From the NCBI RefSeq assembly GCF_006345805.1, contig NC_043006.1, positions 86,118,001-86,182,000 of the forward strand: a stretch of 64,000 nucleotides of DNA, read 5' to 3'. Source of the stretch: Octopus sinensis (Eukaryota). Shown here one piece after another: positions 12,167-26,100 of the stretch; positions within the stretch are counted from its first letter, which is position 1, and each line of letters starts with the position of its first letter. The notes below the pieces were generated by a model that was not told the DNA's origin, did no database searches, and saw nothing but the letters and a program-made list of their open reading frames with translations. Made by a program: the position numbers and the translations under genes.

Positions 12167-15100
12167 GTATGTAAAATTATAAATTAGGGTATCTACGAGA
12201 TACCACCATGCTGAAAATAGCAGCCATGATCTGACTCTAAAACCACCTTAATTGTCCATATCGCAAACACAGAGAGAAAACAAAGAGACAAGATGAAGCT
12301 AGTAAAAGATTACTGGATAATTCTAGATCCCGGGTTTCTGACTTTGCATTTAGGAATGCTTTACCTCGTCAGTAGAATACACACAGAAAAGAAACATAAA
12401 TTACATATATGAACATATACCCACATATGCATGTATGCATCATGGCCAGTTCAAAATGCCCGCCGTTTAATTCATGTGAGATATGGTTAGATCATGGCTG
12501 CTATTTTCAGCATGGTGGTATCTCGTAGACACCCTAATTTATAATTTTAATAGTTATTACCTCTGAAGGTTATTTTTTCCATGCTGGCTACTTGATAAAA
12601 TCGTTATTTTATTTTAAATTAATGATCTTATCCCTATTTATATATATGTATGTATGTATATATATTGTATTTCGGGATGGTCATGTTTTTGCTTTGCCAA
12701 ATAAACACATGCACTATATATGTGAGAAAGGACTAAGTGGAGCAAGAGCACACCCGAGGATGGAAAGTATTGCTGAAAAGGTCACAGATGTGTAATGAAA
12801 GATTTCCAGACAACGGACGAGTTAGAATAAGAACAATAATAAATGAGTGAAAAACAAATAGTGCTTGTGTTGTTTATTTGGCGATATAAAAAAATGACCA
12901 TCCTAAAATACAATATCTGTTTCAACACATGGTTTCACATCAGGAATCTTGCAACACAAATAAATAAATAAATAAATATATATATATTATATCATCATTT
13001 ATCGTCCTTCTTCCATGCCATGCATACATGGATAGGATGGTTGACAGGAGGCAGCCAGGCAGAAAAACCTGGCTACTGTGTCCGTTTTGCAGGGATTTTA
13101 CAGCTGGATGCCCTTCCTAACACTAACCACTCTGCAGAGTGGACTCAGTGCTTTTTATGTGGCACTAGAACAGACGAGGTTAGTTTTGGCATGATTTTTA
13201 CAGCTGGATGCCCTTCCAAACGCCAACCACATTAGTGTAGACTAGATGCTTTTAATGTGGCACCAGCACTGGCAGGGTAACCAAGTAACTCACAAGAAAT
13301 TATGAGAGGGGAACTTGTGTCAGAGGATGAAAGGTTAGAGTGTGACAAAAAGACAAAGAGACAGAAGCAGGTGTTTTGCCACAACAGAGGAGGCAGTAGA
13401 TGAGGTGATCCAGTATCAAATGATAAAAGGTTAGAGTATAACAGAGAAATAGAAAAGCAGAAATAGGTGTCTTGCTATAGAGGAGGTACATGGTTACCCA
13501 TAGAGAGAGAGGTATAAGAAAAAGGCCAGAAACAAGTGTGCTGATGTAAAGAAGATACTTGGTTACCTAGTCAGAGGGAAAATAAGAGAAGAAGGGAGAG
13601 TTGCAAATAACAACTTTAGTCTTAGCAAAGTTAACTTTAAGGCCCTTTGATTCCAAGTTTTGCTTCCAAATCTAGAAGTTCTTCTCCAATTCTGCTTCAG
13701 ATTCTGTAAAAAGAGCAAGATCATCAGCATATAGTAGTTCCCATGGGCATCCAGTTTTGAATTTATCTGTTATGGCCTGGAGAACTATGATGAATAAGAG
13801 TGGACTAAGAACTGATCCCTGGTGTACTCCAACTTATATGTTAAATTCAAGGCCAACTCTCAGCTTATTGACAGCATCGCTGTATTTGGCTTGAACTGTT
13901 TTAACTAACCACTTCTCTATTCCTAGCTTCCTTAGAGACCAACAAATAAGAGAGTGGGGAACCCTGTTAAAAGCTCTCTCCAGGTCGGCAAAGGCTAAGT
14001 ACAATGGCTTACTTTTGGCCAAATACTTTCCTTGCAACTGTCTCACTATGAAGATGGCATCAGTGGTACTTCTCCCAGGAACAAAACCAAACTGCATCTC
14101 ATCTATAGAGCTATAACTCTCTCTGTAAATTTCATGACTAGGTCCAGCAGTTTGGTACCTCTGTAGTTGTTTCTATCTAAGGCATCACTTTTACCCCTGT
14201 AGCAGCTAACTATAAAACTACTATACCAGTCTTTGGGTATGATACCCTCCTGAATAACCTGATTGACTATGCAAGTGACTAGGATGTATCTCACATCACC
14301 GAATATTTCAATCATCTCACTGTAGCGATGGTGGGAAGAGAGGAATTGCTCAGTGCCTAAAACATCGAGCAAAGAATATAAGTAGATACCCACCACAAAG
14401 AAATGATCAAGCTCAATAACAATCTACTAAGCAACAACTACCCCAAAACATACTCTCCACTCCAATTATGAAGAAAAAAGAGGATGAAACCAATAAACTG
14501 TCCACAGTCTGTCTACCCTATGTGAAAGGCCTCTCCGAAAAGATACAAAAGATATGCAGCCCATAGGACATCAGGACAGTATTCAAGAATAATACAACAC
14601 TTCATAAATATCTCATTCAGGTAAAACCACCAATAGAAGAGAATATGACCAAAGACTGCGTGTACTCCATCCCATGCAGCTGTGGTAGGTTATACAAAGG
14701 CAAAACATAGCATCCCCTCAAAATATGGGTAGAGGAACATCGCAAAGCTGTGACACAGGGAGATATTGATAAGTCGGGTATAGCTGATCAGGTATGGAAA
14801 AATGGAGACCACCTCCCCCTGTGGGATGAAGTTAAAATAATAGACAGAGAAGACCACTGGAAAATATGAAGGCTAAAAGGAGCAGCCTATATACTAGGAC
14901 ACAACAACCTCCTAAGCAGACCGAGTGCAGATAGGAGTAGCATATAGGAACCGGTATTAAGAAAGGATAGGAAAATATTAGATTTATAAGCCCTAAAAAT
15001 TCACTCCATGGTCATATGACATAGTGGTTAAGAACGTGGGTTACTAACCCCCAAGATTCTGAGTTCGATTCCAGGCAGTGACCTGAATAATAATAATAAT

Positions 15101-18100
15101 AATAATAACATCAAAAAATACCCTAGGAATGAGAACCCAGGTTTGAAATTTCCCCAAGTCACCTGAAGCCGAAACTTTGTGTTAACAACAAACAGGATGA
15201 GGATAAATATCCATCAAATAATGTACAAAGTTCCTCATCTCTTAAATATAGAACTGTATCATATAAGAGATGTTCATTTCTATTTTTCCATGACAAAGAT
15301 GTCTGGTCATGGGGAAATATTATGTTGCTTGGAAACAGGTGAAGGTTTGTGACAGGAGGGGCATCCAGCTGTAGAAAGATTGCTTCAACAAATTCTGTCT
15401 GACCCATGCAAGCCTAGAAAATTGGATGTTAAATGATGATGATGATGACAGTGGCCTTGCTGTTTCTAATTAATTCCATGTGTTTACTTATTTATCTATG
15501 TAGCTAGATAGATGGGGGTCTTTGACAGAAACAGTGTAGAAGGAGATTGAGGCATTTAATCTCCACCAGAAGAATCAAAATAAACAATAATATAAAACAA
15601 TAACACATACAGATGCACATACATACATTTATACATATGCACACACACACACATATACATACATACACACATACATACATACGTACATGCATGCACATAC
15701 ACATTGACCCACACACATGTGCACAAACAATCAAAAGGGAATGCAGTGTAAATGACAGACAGAGTCAAGACTACTGAAAAGGTTGCAAGACGCAATGAAA
15801 ATTTTAGGAAAATAAAAATAAGAAATAAGTGGAAATTTTACCGGTGACTGTGTTACATTATAAGGCACAAAAAGAAAATGACTCTCCCCAGACACAACAG
15901 AATATGCTTCAACACAAGAACTCATATAAAGAATCTTGCAAACCAAATCCAAAAATGAAAAACAGACATAGAAGACTTACCTAAACCAGCATGACAATGG
16001 ATGGCCACTTTCCCTTGTGTAAGAGCAAACTGCATTACTCGAACCATATCCAACAGCCTACTTTTTGACAAAGTGCCATAATCTTGACTATAAAAATATC
16101 AAAACATGATGCACATCACACTGACTTCATTTAGAAATTTATTTAATATTCTAACTATATTGTTATATTTATTTGCCATTATTGCTTTGATCAACATATT
16201 GAAAAGCCATATTGCTTCAGAATGACTGCTTGTCTTCAAATATAATTACATAACAGTTAATTATGTTTAACTTATTATAAATAAGTTAAATAGAATTATG
16301 CTAGTTAAAGATTATTAAGTATCAGCTAAATATATTTATATATCAGTAAAATGCAATTAAATATCAGTTAAATACAATCATAAATCAGTGAAATATAATT
16401 ATATATCAGTGAAATATAATTATATATCAATTAGATATAATTATATATTAATTAAATATAATTCTTACAACTTACCAGGCAAAATTGTAGAAATAAACTG
16501 AAATAAAACAGAAATGCAATGTTGAAACTAAATCACAAATATACAAAATGTCGATCAAAGTAAAAACTGGATTGGATTGGATTGGAGTGGATTACCTATG
16601 TTTAGTCCACTGTAGGACAAAGGCCCCTGCATGTTCTATCCTCCAACCACAGTCTGATGTGGAGGCTATGAATTTGAGCTTGAGATCACACTGGTTTGAT
16701 GAGCCTTCTCCGTCACCGTATGGGTATAGGTAAAAAAAAAACAAAAACTGCATCCCTCTGCCAAGTCACATCAAGCCAATGTGGCAGAATAGGCTCATCA
16801 TATGAGTATGATCCCAAGTTCAAATTCACAGCCCCCATACCAGACTATGGTTGATAGAAAGAACTTGCTGAGGTTTTTGTCTTGCAGTGGACTAAACATA
16901 GGCATTCCAATCAAGACAATAGCATAAACTGGATTATGGATTGTTAGCCATATATTAAGATATGCAAGAAGTATGAAGGCTTAAGTATGTAGAGTGTGTA
17001 ATAGCAGTCAGATGAGTACAAAAATTGAAGTCCAGAAAATATATATCACAAACAGCTCTATTCTTAGTTCTCTAGTATTAATTTCATTGTTTAAGGAACT
17101 CTGAACGTCCTGTATAGTAAATTTTATTTTATTTTATTTTATCTAGTTTCAGCTCACGAGCTGTGGCCATGCTGGGGCACCGCCATTTAATGACATACTT
17201 TCTCATACTAGAATTTCTTCAAGAGTCTCAAAATAAACAGACTAAATGCAATGCTCTCTGAAGGTTATCAAACCCCAAATTAAAGCATTAGTTTATAAGC
17301 AAATTCCCTTCGATCTGGATAATCAAGTTCTGTCAATATTGAGCCACTGAAAACTGCAGCTGAGGAAAATTCAAAACAAACTGCACCAGAAGTATCAAAA
17401 AGTTCAATTCAAGTTACAGTTGCATCATAAAACACCTTTATGAAGTAGCAAAAGTGCTTAAACTTGGCCAGTGGGTTCCATAGCCCCTGACTGTTTCTCA
17501 GCTTAACCCTTTAGCATTCAAATTAGCCATATCTGTCCTAAATATTATATCTGTTTTATATTCCTGTGTAAAATTATAAAAATAATGACAAAAAGTGAGG
17601 AAAAGTGGGTTTTCTATAATCAATTTTTTTTATGTGCCCTTTTCAAGCCTGTGGCGTATGTATTCCTCCCAGCTGGACGGGACACCAGTCCATTGCAGCA
17701 TTACTCAAGAAACAGGAAGGGATAGTGAGAGAAAGTTGGGGCGAAAGAGTACAACAGGGGTCGCCACCATCCCCTGCTGGACCCTCGTGGAGCTTTAGGT
17801 GTTTTCACTCAATAAACACACACAATGCTCGGTCTGGGAATTGAAACTGCGATCCTCCAACCAGGAGTCTGCTGCCCTAACCACTGGGACATTGCGCCTC
17901 CAAATCTATAATCTCTCTAAAATCATATTCAATGGAAACTATAATGGTTGGCATCATCATCATCATCATTTACCGTCTGCTTTCCATGCTGGCATGGGTT
18001 GGACGGCTTGAAAGGAACTGGCCAGACCAGGGGCTGCACCAGGTACCATAGTCTGTTTTAGCTTGGTTTCCACGGCTGGATGCCCTTCTTAATGCCAACC

Positions 18101-21100
18101 ACTTCACAGAGTGTACTGAGTGCTTTTTATGTGATACCAGCACCCGCACTAATGCTTTTTACATGGCACCTTGGTTTTAGGATCTTCCACTGAAAACGGA
18201 GGATTCATCTCCAAATCAGGACTACACCCCACAGAAAAGAAAAAAAAAAAGATATGTGCTTAATGGCATATGAAGGGTGTTGTCTACCATGAAGATTTAA
18301 ACCAAAATGAAACACTTAATCTGAAGAAGTATTGTCATCAATTGGAAGGATCACATAAAAATTTGCAGAAGAAGCACCCATCACTGGCCAATCATAGAAG
18401 AGTGTTGCTCTAACATGCAAAACCACATATTGCCCAAGTCATTCAGGAAAAGATTATGGCACTAAATATGGAAGTTTTGCCTCATGGTCTTCACTTTTCT
18501 ATCTTGCTTCATCTGATTATAATCGTTTCAGATCAGTGCCGCATTATTTAGGAGGAAAACAGTTTATTAATTGTGAAGAGATTAAAAATGATATTGAATG
18601 TCTCTCTGCTTGAAAGCCAGAAGAATTTTACACCTGGTGGATCAATAATTTCATCCTTTCGGGGTCAATAAATTAAGTACCAGTTATGCACTGGGTCGAT
18701 GTAATCGATTTAATCCATTTGTCTGTCCTTGTTTGTCCCCTATGTGTTTAGGCCCTTGTGGGTAGTAAAGAAATATAAAAATATCAATTATAACAAAGTA
18801 TCATTTGATTGTTTCTCATGTAACAGAACTTTCTTTTTTAAATACAACTAGCAGTATCGCCTGGCGTTGCTCGGGTTTGTAAGGGAAATAACTATATAAG
18901 CATTTTTAGAGAGTTATAGCCAAAAAATAGCAAAAAAATGCATTAAAAATGGAAGAAAAATGATGGTAAATTTTATTTTAAATCGTTGACTCATTGTAGA
19001 CATTTTTAGAGAGTTACTTCCCTTATATAATAGCGAAAAAATGCATTAAAATGGAAAAAAACGATGGTAAATTTTTTTTTAAATCGTAGACTCATCGTAG
19101 ACGCGTGCTAATACGCAGAAGGGCTCGATATGAATCACGACTATAAGATACCCGGTTTTGGTTAAACTGCACCGCAAAATGTGGGAGTAGTTAGGAATCT
19201 AAATCGTAGGAGACAGACACACAACCTCTCTTTTATATATAAAGATATATATACTAGCTGAAGGTGACCCGCTCTACGCGCAGGTAAGAGTGTGGTTGTT
19301 ACTTTCTGTTATTTCCTTTCAGCACGTAAAAAGCACCATCCGAACGTGGCCGATTGCAGCGCCGCCTTGAGTGGCACGTAAAAAGCACCAACCGATCGTG
19401 GCCGCTACCAGCCCACCTGGCACCTGTGCCGGCGGCACGAAAAAAGCACCCACTACACTCACAGAGTGGTTGGCGTTAGGAAGGACATCCACCTGTAGAA
19501 ACACTGCCAGATCAGACTGGAGCCTGGTGCAGCCTCCTGGCTTCCCAGACCCCGGTCAAACTGTCCAACCCGTGCTAGCACGGAAAACGGACGTTAAACA
19601 ATGATGATGATGATGATGATGATTCTCTCCTCCTTTCTCTCTCACTTTCCCCACTCTCTTACTCTTCCTTTCTCTCGGACTCTCCCTCACTTTCTCTTAC
19701 TCTCTATCTTTATCTATCTCTCTCCCATTTATAAACAACAAAAGATCTTGAGTAAGTTGAGAAATAAAATATTTACAAAGATCAATCATAAATATCAGGC
19801 AGTAACAATGGAAAGGTCTGCTTCAAGGCAGACAGCAAAACACTAACATTTAAAAGGGACAGACGAACTTGCGAGCTGAATAAAAATAATAAAATATTGG
19901 AAACCAAAGTTTGAAGGGATAGAATCTGAGGATAGTAGAGTCACCATAGCTGGCATTTCTTAACGACAGACAGCAACGTTTTGACAGTTTAACGGCTGGC
20001 GTAAAATTTTGAACTTGATGTAAAAGAAAATCCCTAAACACCAAGTTTTGAAGTGATTCTTTCTCACGACAGTAGACTCACCATGGCAAGCATTCAAAAC
20101 TTCTTCATCATGGACGGCAACACATTGACGATAAAAAGGCTAGCGCAAATTTTTTAGCTTGATGTAACAGAGAATTCCTAAACACCCGCTCCTTTAAATT
20201 TTAATCCCCTTCCAGCCCCATTTAGACCCCTTTTCACATTTTGGTTAATATAACCCGATTTCATTCGGGTCTACTGGGGCCACATTTTATAAGATGAAGA
20301 ATTTTGTCATAGAGGTCACGCCTTTCATTTGAGGAAAAAAAATAGTTGTCATGCAAACTTGCCAGCACTTTTAACATAGGTCTGCATATTTTCAGCTCAA
20401 CCGACCACATAATGCACACATTATATATGTATGTATATATGTGTGTGTGTGTGTTGGAGTCTCTCTCATACGTGAGCGTTGACGCTGAATTCGACTTTTA
20501 AGCAGGTAACCTTGTCTTTGTTGAAATAGTTGTGAGCTGCTGGAGTTATTTCTCTGACGGGTAATAGGAATTTCCATATCCTCCGAGGAAACGAACTGTT
20601 GACCCAGACAATTAGAATTAATTTTAATAAAAGCATCAATTTAAGAAAAAAATAATAAAGTAGTAAAAAATGAAAATTTAGCACCAAAATAAATGTTAAA
20701 ATGTAATAGATACGAAAAACCTACGTTATCACCAGAACACGAACGCTCGTTGGTGTGTTCTGTTTGTATTTGCTCCATCAGCGCGTTGACAGGCAGACAA
20801 TAGAATGTGATGGCGAGATTCATAATATTTGTTGTCATGATTGTGTGGTGTTTGTGGCGATGATAATTCTCTCTATGAATGCAGACAGCGAGATATAGAA
20901 TGCAGTTTGACGAAGTGAAAGTGAAGGGAAGGTAGGAAATAGAGTGAGTGAAAAAGTGCTGGGAAGGGAGGAAATAGCTTGAGTGAGTGAGGAAGACAGA
21001 TACATTAAAGAATGGGAGTGGACTTGTCAAAGTGGGTTTTTGGCCCTAGCAACGACACCTTTTAAGATAGGGAATTCTAACATAGCCCACGGGCATCGTC

Positions 21101-21211
21101 ACCTTATTTTACATGTCCCTGTAAATTTTGGAGTCAATCCGATGGGATGTAGTGGCCTTGAAAGCGATCCAAGTGGTCGAGTTAAACAAACTTTTTTTCA
21201 GTTTTATAAAT

Positions 21212-21252
<41 letters not shown>

Positions 21253-23078
21253 ATTTTAAGCAGCAGAAAATTCAACAAAATCTGTTACTCTGAGTTTCTC
21301 GTTGCCGTTCATCAGACAGTTTTTGCTAGAATGGAACTTATATATTAATTCAATCTATACTCTTACAAACGCTACACCTTTAAAAAGAAATGGACTTGTT
21401 TGATTGGCCCTTTAGAAAAAAACGGTCAATCTTCGAGCGATAAACAAAAAGGTCAAAAATATATGTATATATATATAAAAAAACTTATAAAAATTATAAA
21501 ATCCGAGGAAAAAACCGAGGAAAAAACCTATTGCCGTTAATGAAGACAGTGCAAATTAATGCATAGAAATTAAACCTGTTATAAATACTGCAATACATAT
21601 TTATATTAAAATCTACATATATATATCAACATACACAAAAGGATGCGCGTAAACGCCATACATACATATACAGACGTATGAATATGAATCTAAATATACA
21701 CATAAAAGCATGTGTACATATATTCACGCAAACCGTCTCGCACGCAAGCTAAAATTCATCTATGTAGCAATTCTCATATACTGAGCAAGGAGGGGGAACG
21801 AAAGAAAGGGAAAGAGAGAAAAAGGAACGAAGGAGGGGTGGGGAAAAAACTTGTAACGATGTTATTGGCATCTATAGAGGCCAATATACATACACAAGTT
21901 TGAATGGATACATATACATACCGTCGTGTATATGTGTGCTTAAGCACAAGCATACTTTCACTTACACATACACAGATACGCATGCTTACAAATACATATG
22001 CTTTGCTATACACATACTTATATAAACATTCTAATTTTGACAACATTGCTTTTTTTAAAAAAAACATTGCTTTTAAAAAATGGGTGCATTAATAAAAATA
22101 TATACGAAAGACATATAAAATAAAATATAACATCCTTATTTTGGGTCATTTATAAATAATCAAGGTAATATAAATAATCAAGGTAATCCTATGCAATACA
22201 ATAACATGAAAACAAAGTTTGTAGGTTTTTCCTAATATATATGTAGAAACATAAGACTTTGCTATACGGATTAATATCCGCGTAGCTTGGAAACAGAATC
22301 AAAATTCGTCGATTATTTATATGTATCCATTATTTATATGTATATGTATCCATTCAAACTTGTGTATGTATACTGGCCTCTATAGATGCCAATAACATCG
22401 TTACAAGTTTTTTCCCCACCCCTCCTTCGTTCCTTTTTCTCTCTTTCCCTTTCTTTCGTTCCCCCTCCTTGCTCAGTATATGAGAATTGCTACATAGATG
22501 AATTTTAGCTTGCGTGCGAGACGGTTTGCGTGAATATATGTACACATGCTTTTATGTGTATATTTAGATTCATATTCATACGTCTGTATATGTATGTATG
22601 GCGTTTACGCGCATCCTTTTGTGTATGTTGATATATATATGTAGATTTTAATATAAATATGTATTGCAGTATTTATAACAGGTTTAATTTCTATGCATTA
22701 ATTTGCACTGTCTTCATTAACGGCAATAGGTTTTTTCCTCGGTTTTTTCCTCGGATTTTATAATTTTTATAAGTTTTTTTATATATATATACATATATTT
22801 TTGACCTTTTTGTTTATCGCTCGAAGATTGACCGTTTTTTTCTAAAGGGCCAATCAAACAAGTCCATTTCTTATTAAAGGTGTAGCGTTTGTAAGAGTAT
22901 AGATTGAATTAATATATAAGTTCCATTCTAGCAAAAACTGTCTGATGAACGGCAACGAGAAACTCAGAGTAACAGATTTTGTTGAATTTTCTGCTGCTTA
23001 AAATAAAGCATATTACTCTACCACTGGTATTTGAGTACTCTTTTTTCCACCTTGTTTCACATTTATGTGTTTACTCCG

Positions 23079-23132
<54 letters not shown>

Positions 23133-26100
23133 TCATCATTTAGCGTCCGTTCTCCATGCTAGCATGGGTTGGACGGTTCAACTGGGGTCTGTGAAGCTGG
23201 AAGGCTTCATCAGGCCCTTCAGATCTGGCAGTGTTTCTATGGCTGGATGCCCTTCCTAACGCCAACCACTCCGTGAGTGTAGTGGGTGCTTTTTACGTGC
23301 CACCCGCACAGGTGCCAGACAGAGCTGGCAAACGGCCACGAACGGATGGTGCTTTTACGTGTCACCGGCACGGGGCCAGGCGAGGCTGGCAACGGACATG
23401 AACGGATGGTGCTATACGTGCCACCAACACGGGGGCCAGACAGAGCTGGCAAACGGCCACGAAACGGATGGTGCTTTTACGTGTTACCGGCACGGGGGCC
23501 AGGCGAGGCTGGCAACGGACACGAACGGATGGTGCTTTTACATGTCACCGACATGGGGGCCAGACAGGGCTGGCAAACGGCCACGAACGGATGGTGCTTT
23601 TACGTGTCACCGGCACGGGGGCCAGACAGAGCTGGCAAACGGCCACAAACGAATGGTGCTTTTACGTGTCACCGGCACGGGGGCCAGGCCAGGCTGGCAA
23701 CGAACACGAACGGATGGTGCTTTTACGTGCCACCGACACAGGGGCCAGACAGGGCTGGCAAACGGCTACGAACGGATGGTGCTTTTACGTGTCACCTGCA
23801 CGGGGGCCCTGATGTTGATCGACCTCAATTTGGTTTGATCTTGATTTTGACTGTTCTCACTGGTCTTGCCGGGGTTTCTCACGCACAGCATACTTCCAAA
23901 GGTCTCGGTCACTGGTCATTTCCTTGGTGAGACCTAAAATTCGAAGGTCGTGCTTCACCGCCTCGACCCAGGTTTTCCTGGGTCTACCTCTTCCACAGGT
24001 CCCCTCAACTGCCAGGGTGTGGCACTTTCGCACACAACTATCTTCAGCCATTCTCATCACATGACCATACCAGCGCATACGTCTCTCTTGCACACAACAA
24101 CTGATGCTTCTTCGGTTCAACTTTTCTCTCAAGGTACTTACACTCTGTCGATTATGAACACTGACGTTACACATCCATCGGAGCATACTAGCTTCATTTC
24201 TTGCGAGCTTACGCAAATCCTCAGCAGTCACAGCCCAAGTTTCACTACCATGTAGCATGGCTGTACGTACACATGCATCATACAGTCTGCCTTTTACTTT
24301 GAGCGAGAGGCCTTTTGTCACCAGCAGGGGTAAGAGCTCTCTAAACTTTGCCCAGGCTATTCTTACTCTAGTAGTTATACTTTCAGCGCACCCGCCCCCG
24401 CTACTGACTTGGTCACCTAGGTAACGGAAACTATCAACTACTTCTAGCTTTTCTCCCTGGAAAGTGACGAAGTTGGTCTCAGAGCATTTTCAGTGTTAAC
24501 TGTTCCTGAGCATCTGCCACATACAAAAACCATCTTCCTAGTTAGCCTTCCTTTGACATTGCTGCACCTCTTATGTGTCCATAGCTTACACTTGGTGCAT
24601 CTTATAGAGTTTCTACCTACACCTTTTCTACAGATCGAGCAGGGCCATCTACCTGAAGGCGTTTGTGATTGGTCTACCTTCCTACTTATTAGGACTTTGG
24701 TTTTGGCTAGGTTGATTCTAAGGCCCTTCGATTCTAAACCTTGTTTCCATACCTGAAACTTCTCCTCTAGTTCTGATAGAGACTCAGCAATTAGAGCAAG
24801 GTCATCAGCATAGAGGAGCTCCCAGGGGCATCCTGTCTTGAATTCCTCCGTTATTGCCTGGAGGACTATGATAAATAGGAGGGGACTGAGGACTGAACCT
24901 TGGTGGACCCCAACCTCTACCCTGAATTCTTCACTGTACTCGGTGCCAACCCTCACCTTACTAGCAACGTCTCTGTACATGGCTTGTACAGCTTTCACTA
25001 ACCATTCATCTATCCCTAGTTTCCTCATTGACCACCAGATGAGGGATCGGGGGACCCTGTCGAAGGCTTTCTCCATATCAACAAAAGCCAGGTATAGGGG
25101 CTTGTCTTTGGCTAGGTATTTCTCTTGCAGCTGTCTTACCATGAAAATAGCATCAGTAGTACTTTTCCCTGGCACGAACCCAAACTGCATCTCATCTAGG
25201 CTAACTCTCTCTCTAATTAGTTGGGCTATAACCCTCTCCGTAACCTTCATTACCTGATCCAGCAGCTTGATACCCCTGTAGTTATTTGTATCTAGGGCGT
25301 CACCTTTACCTTTGTAGCAGCTGACTATTATGCTGCTACACCAGTCATTGGGAATGACTCCTTCGTGTATCACCTGGTTAACTATACGGGTGACTAGGCT
25401 ATAGCCTACACTACCAGATATTTTGAGCATCTCTGCAGTAATTCCTGATGGGCCTGGGGCTTTCCCTGTTTTCATGCTTTTAATTTCCTTATCTACTAAG
25501 GAACTGTCAACTCGGATTGCTGGTCCCTCTGTTGGGTCAACATTCGGCAGACTCTCTTTATCCCATTCATTTTCCTCATTCAGCAACCTTTCATAGTGGC
25601 TTCTCCAAACCTCTCTCTTTGCATCCTCATTTAGCGCAAGTGAGCCGTCATCCATGCGAACACATTTTTCTCCTACCACGTCACGATTCTCTCTCACACA
25701 CTGTCTTGCTATACAAAATACCTCAAGTCTTTCATCCTCACGGCGCAGGACATTGGCAAATTTTTTCCTATCTGCTTCCCCTCTGGCTAAATAAACCTGC
25801 CTCCTAGCTTCCCTTCTTGCAGTCTGATACACTTCCCTGCTACCACCGTTCTTCCAGTCCTTCCAAGCCTGTTTCTTTTGTCTAATAGCCCTGTCAACAG
25901 TATTGTTCCACCACCACGTTATTTTGGGTCTTGTGGGGACTTTGCACCAGCCACAGATCTGGTCAGTGGCTTTCAGCAGGTTGTCCCTTAGAAGCGCCCA
26001 GTTATCTTCTACCCCATGTGTAGCTATGCCCCCTTCTATTTCGTCGAAGGCTTCAAGTAACATGTCTCTAAATCTTTGTCCATTAGCAGGGTCTTTAAGC

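Noticed and set aside
12920-12960. Degenerate hammerhead-like words on the minus strand
   Set aside because: The core reads CUGAUGU and the stems do not pair.
15017-15082. tRNA genes at this and other A/B-box heads
   Set aside because: No complete cloverleaf with an acceptor stem; each head runs into a repeat body.
23287-23812. CRISPR-like array (also considered for 56191-56752)
   Set aside because: The units are whole tandem repeats without unique spacers, the context is eukaryotic, and there are no cas genes.
23286-23930. Long ORFs (214, 159 and 114 aa) as genes
   Set aside because: They are translations of the GC-rich 61-bp tandem array, antisense to the LINE 3'UTR.
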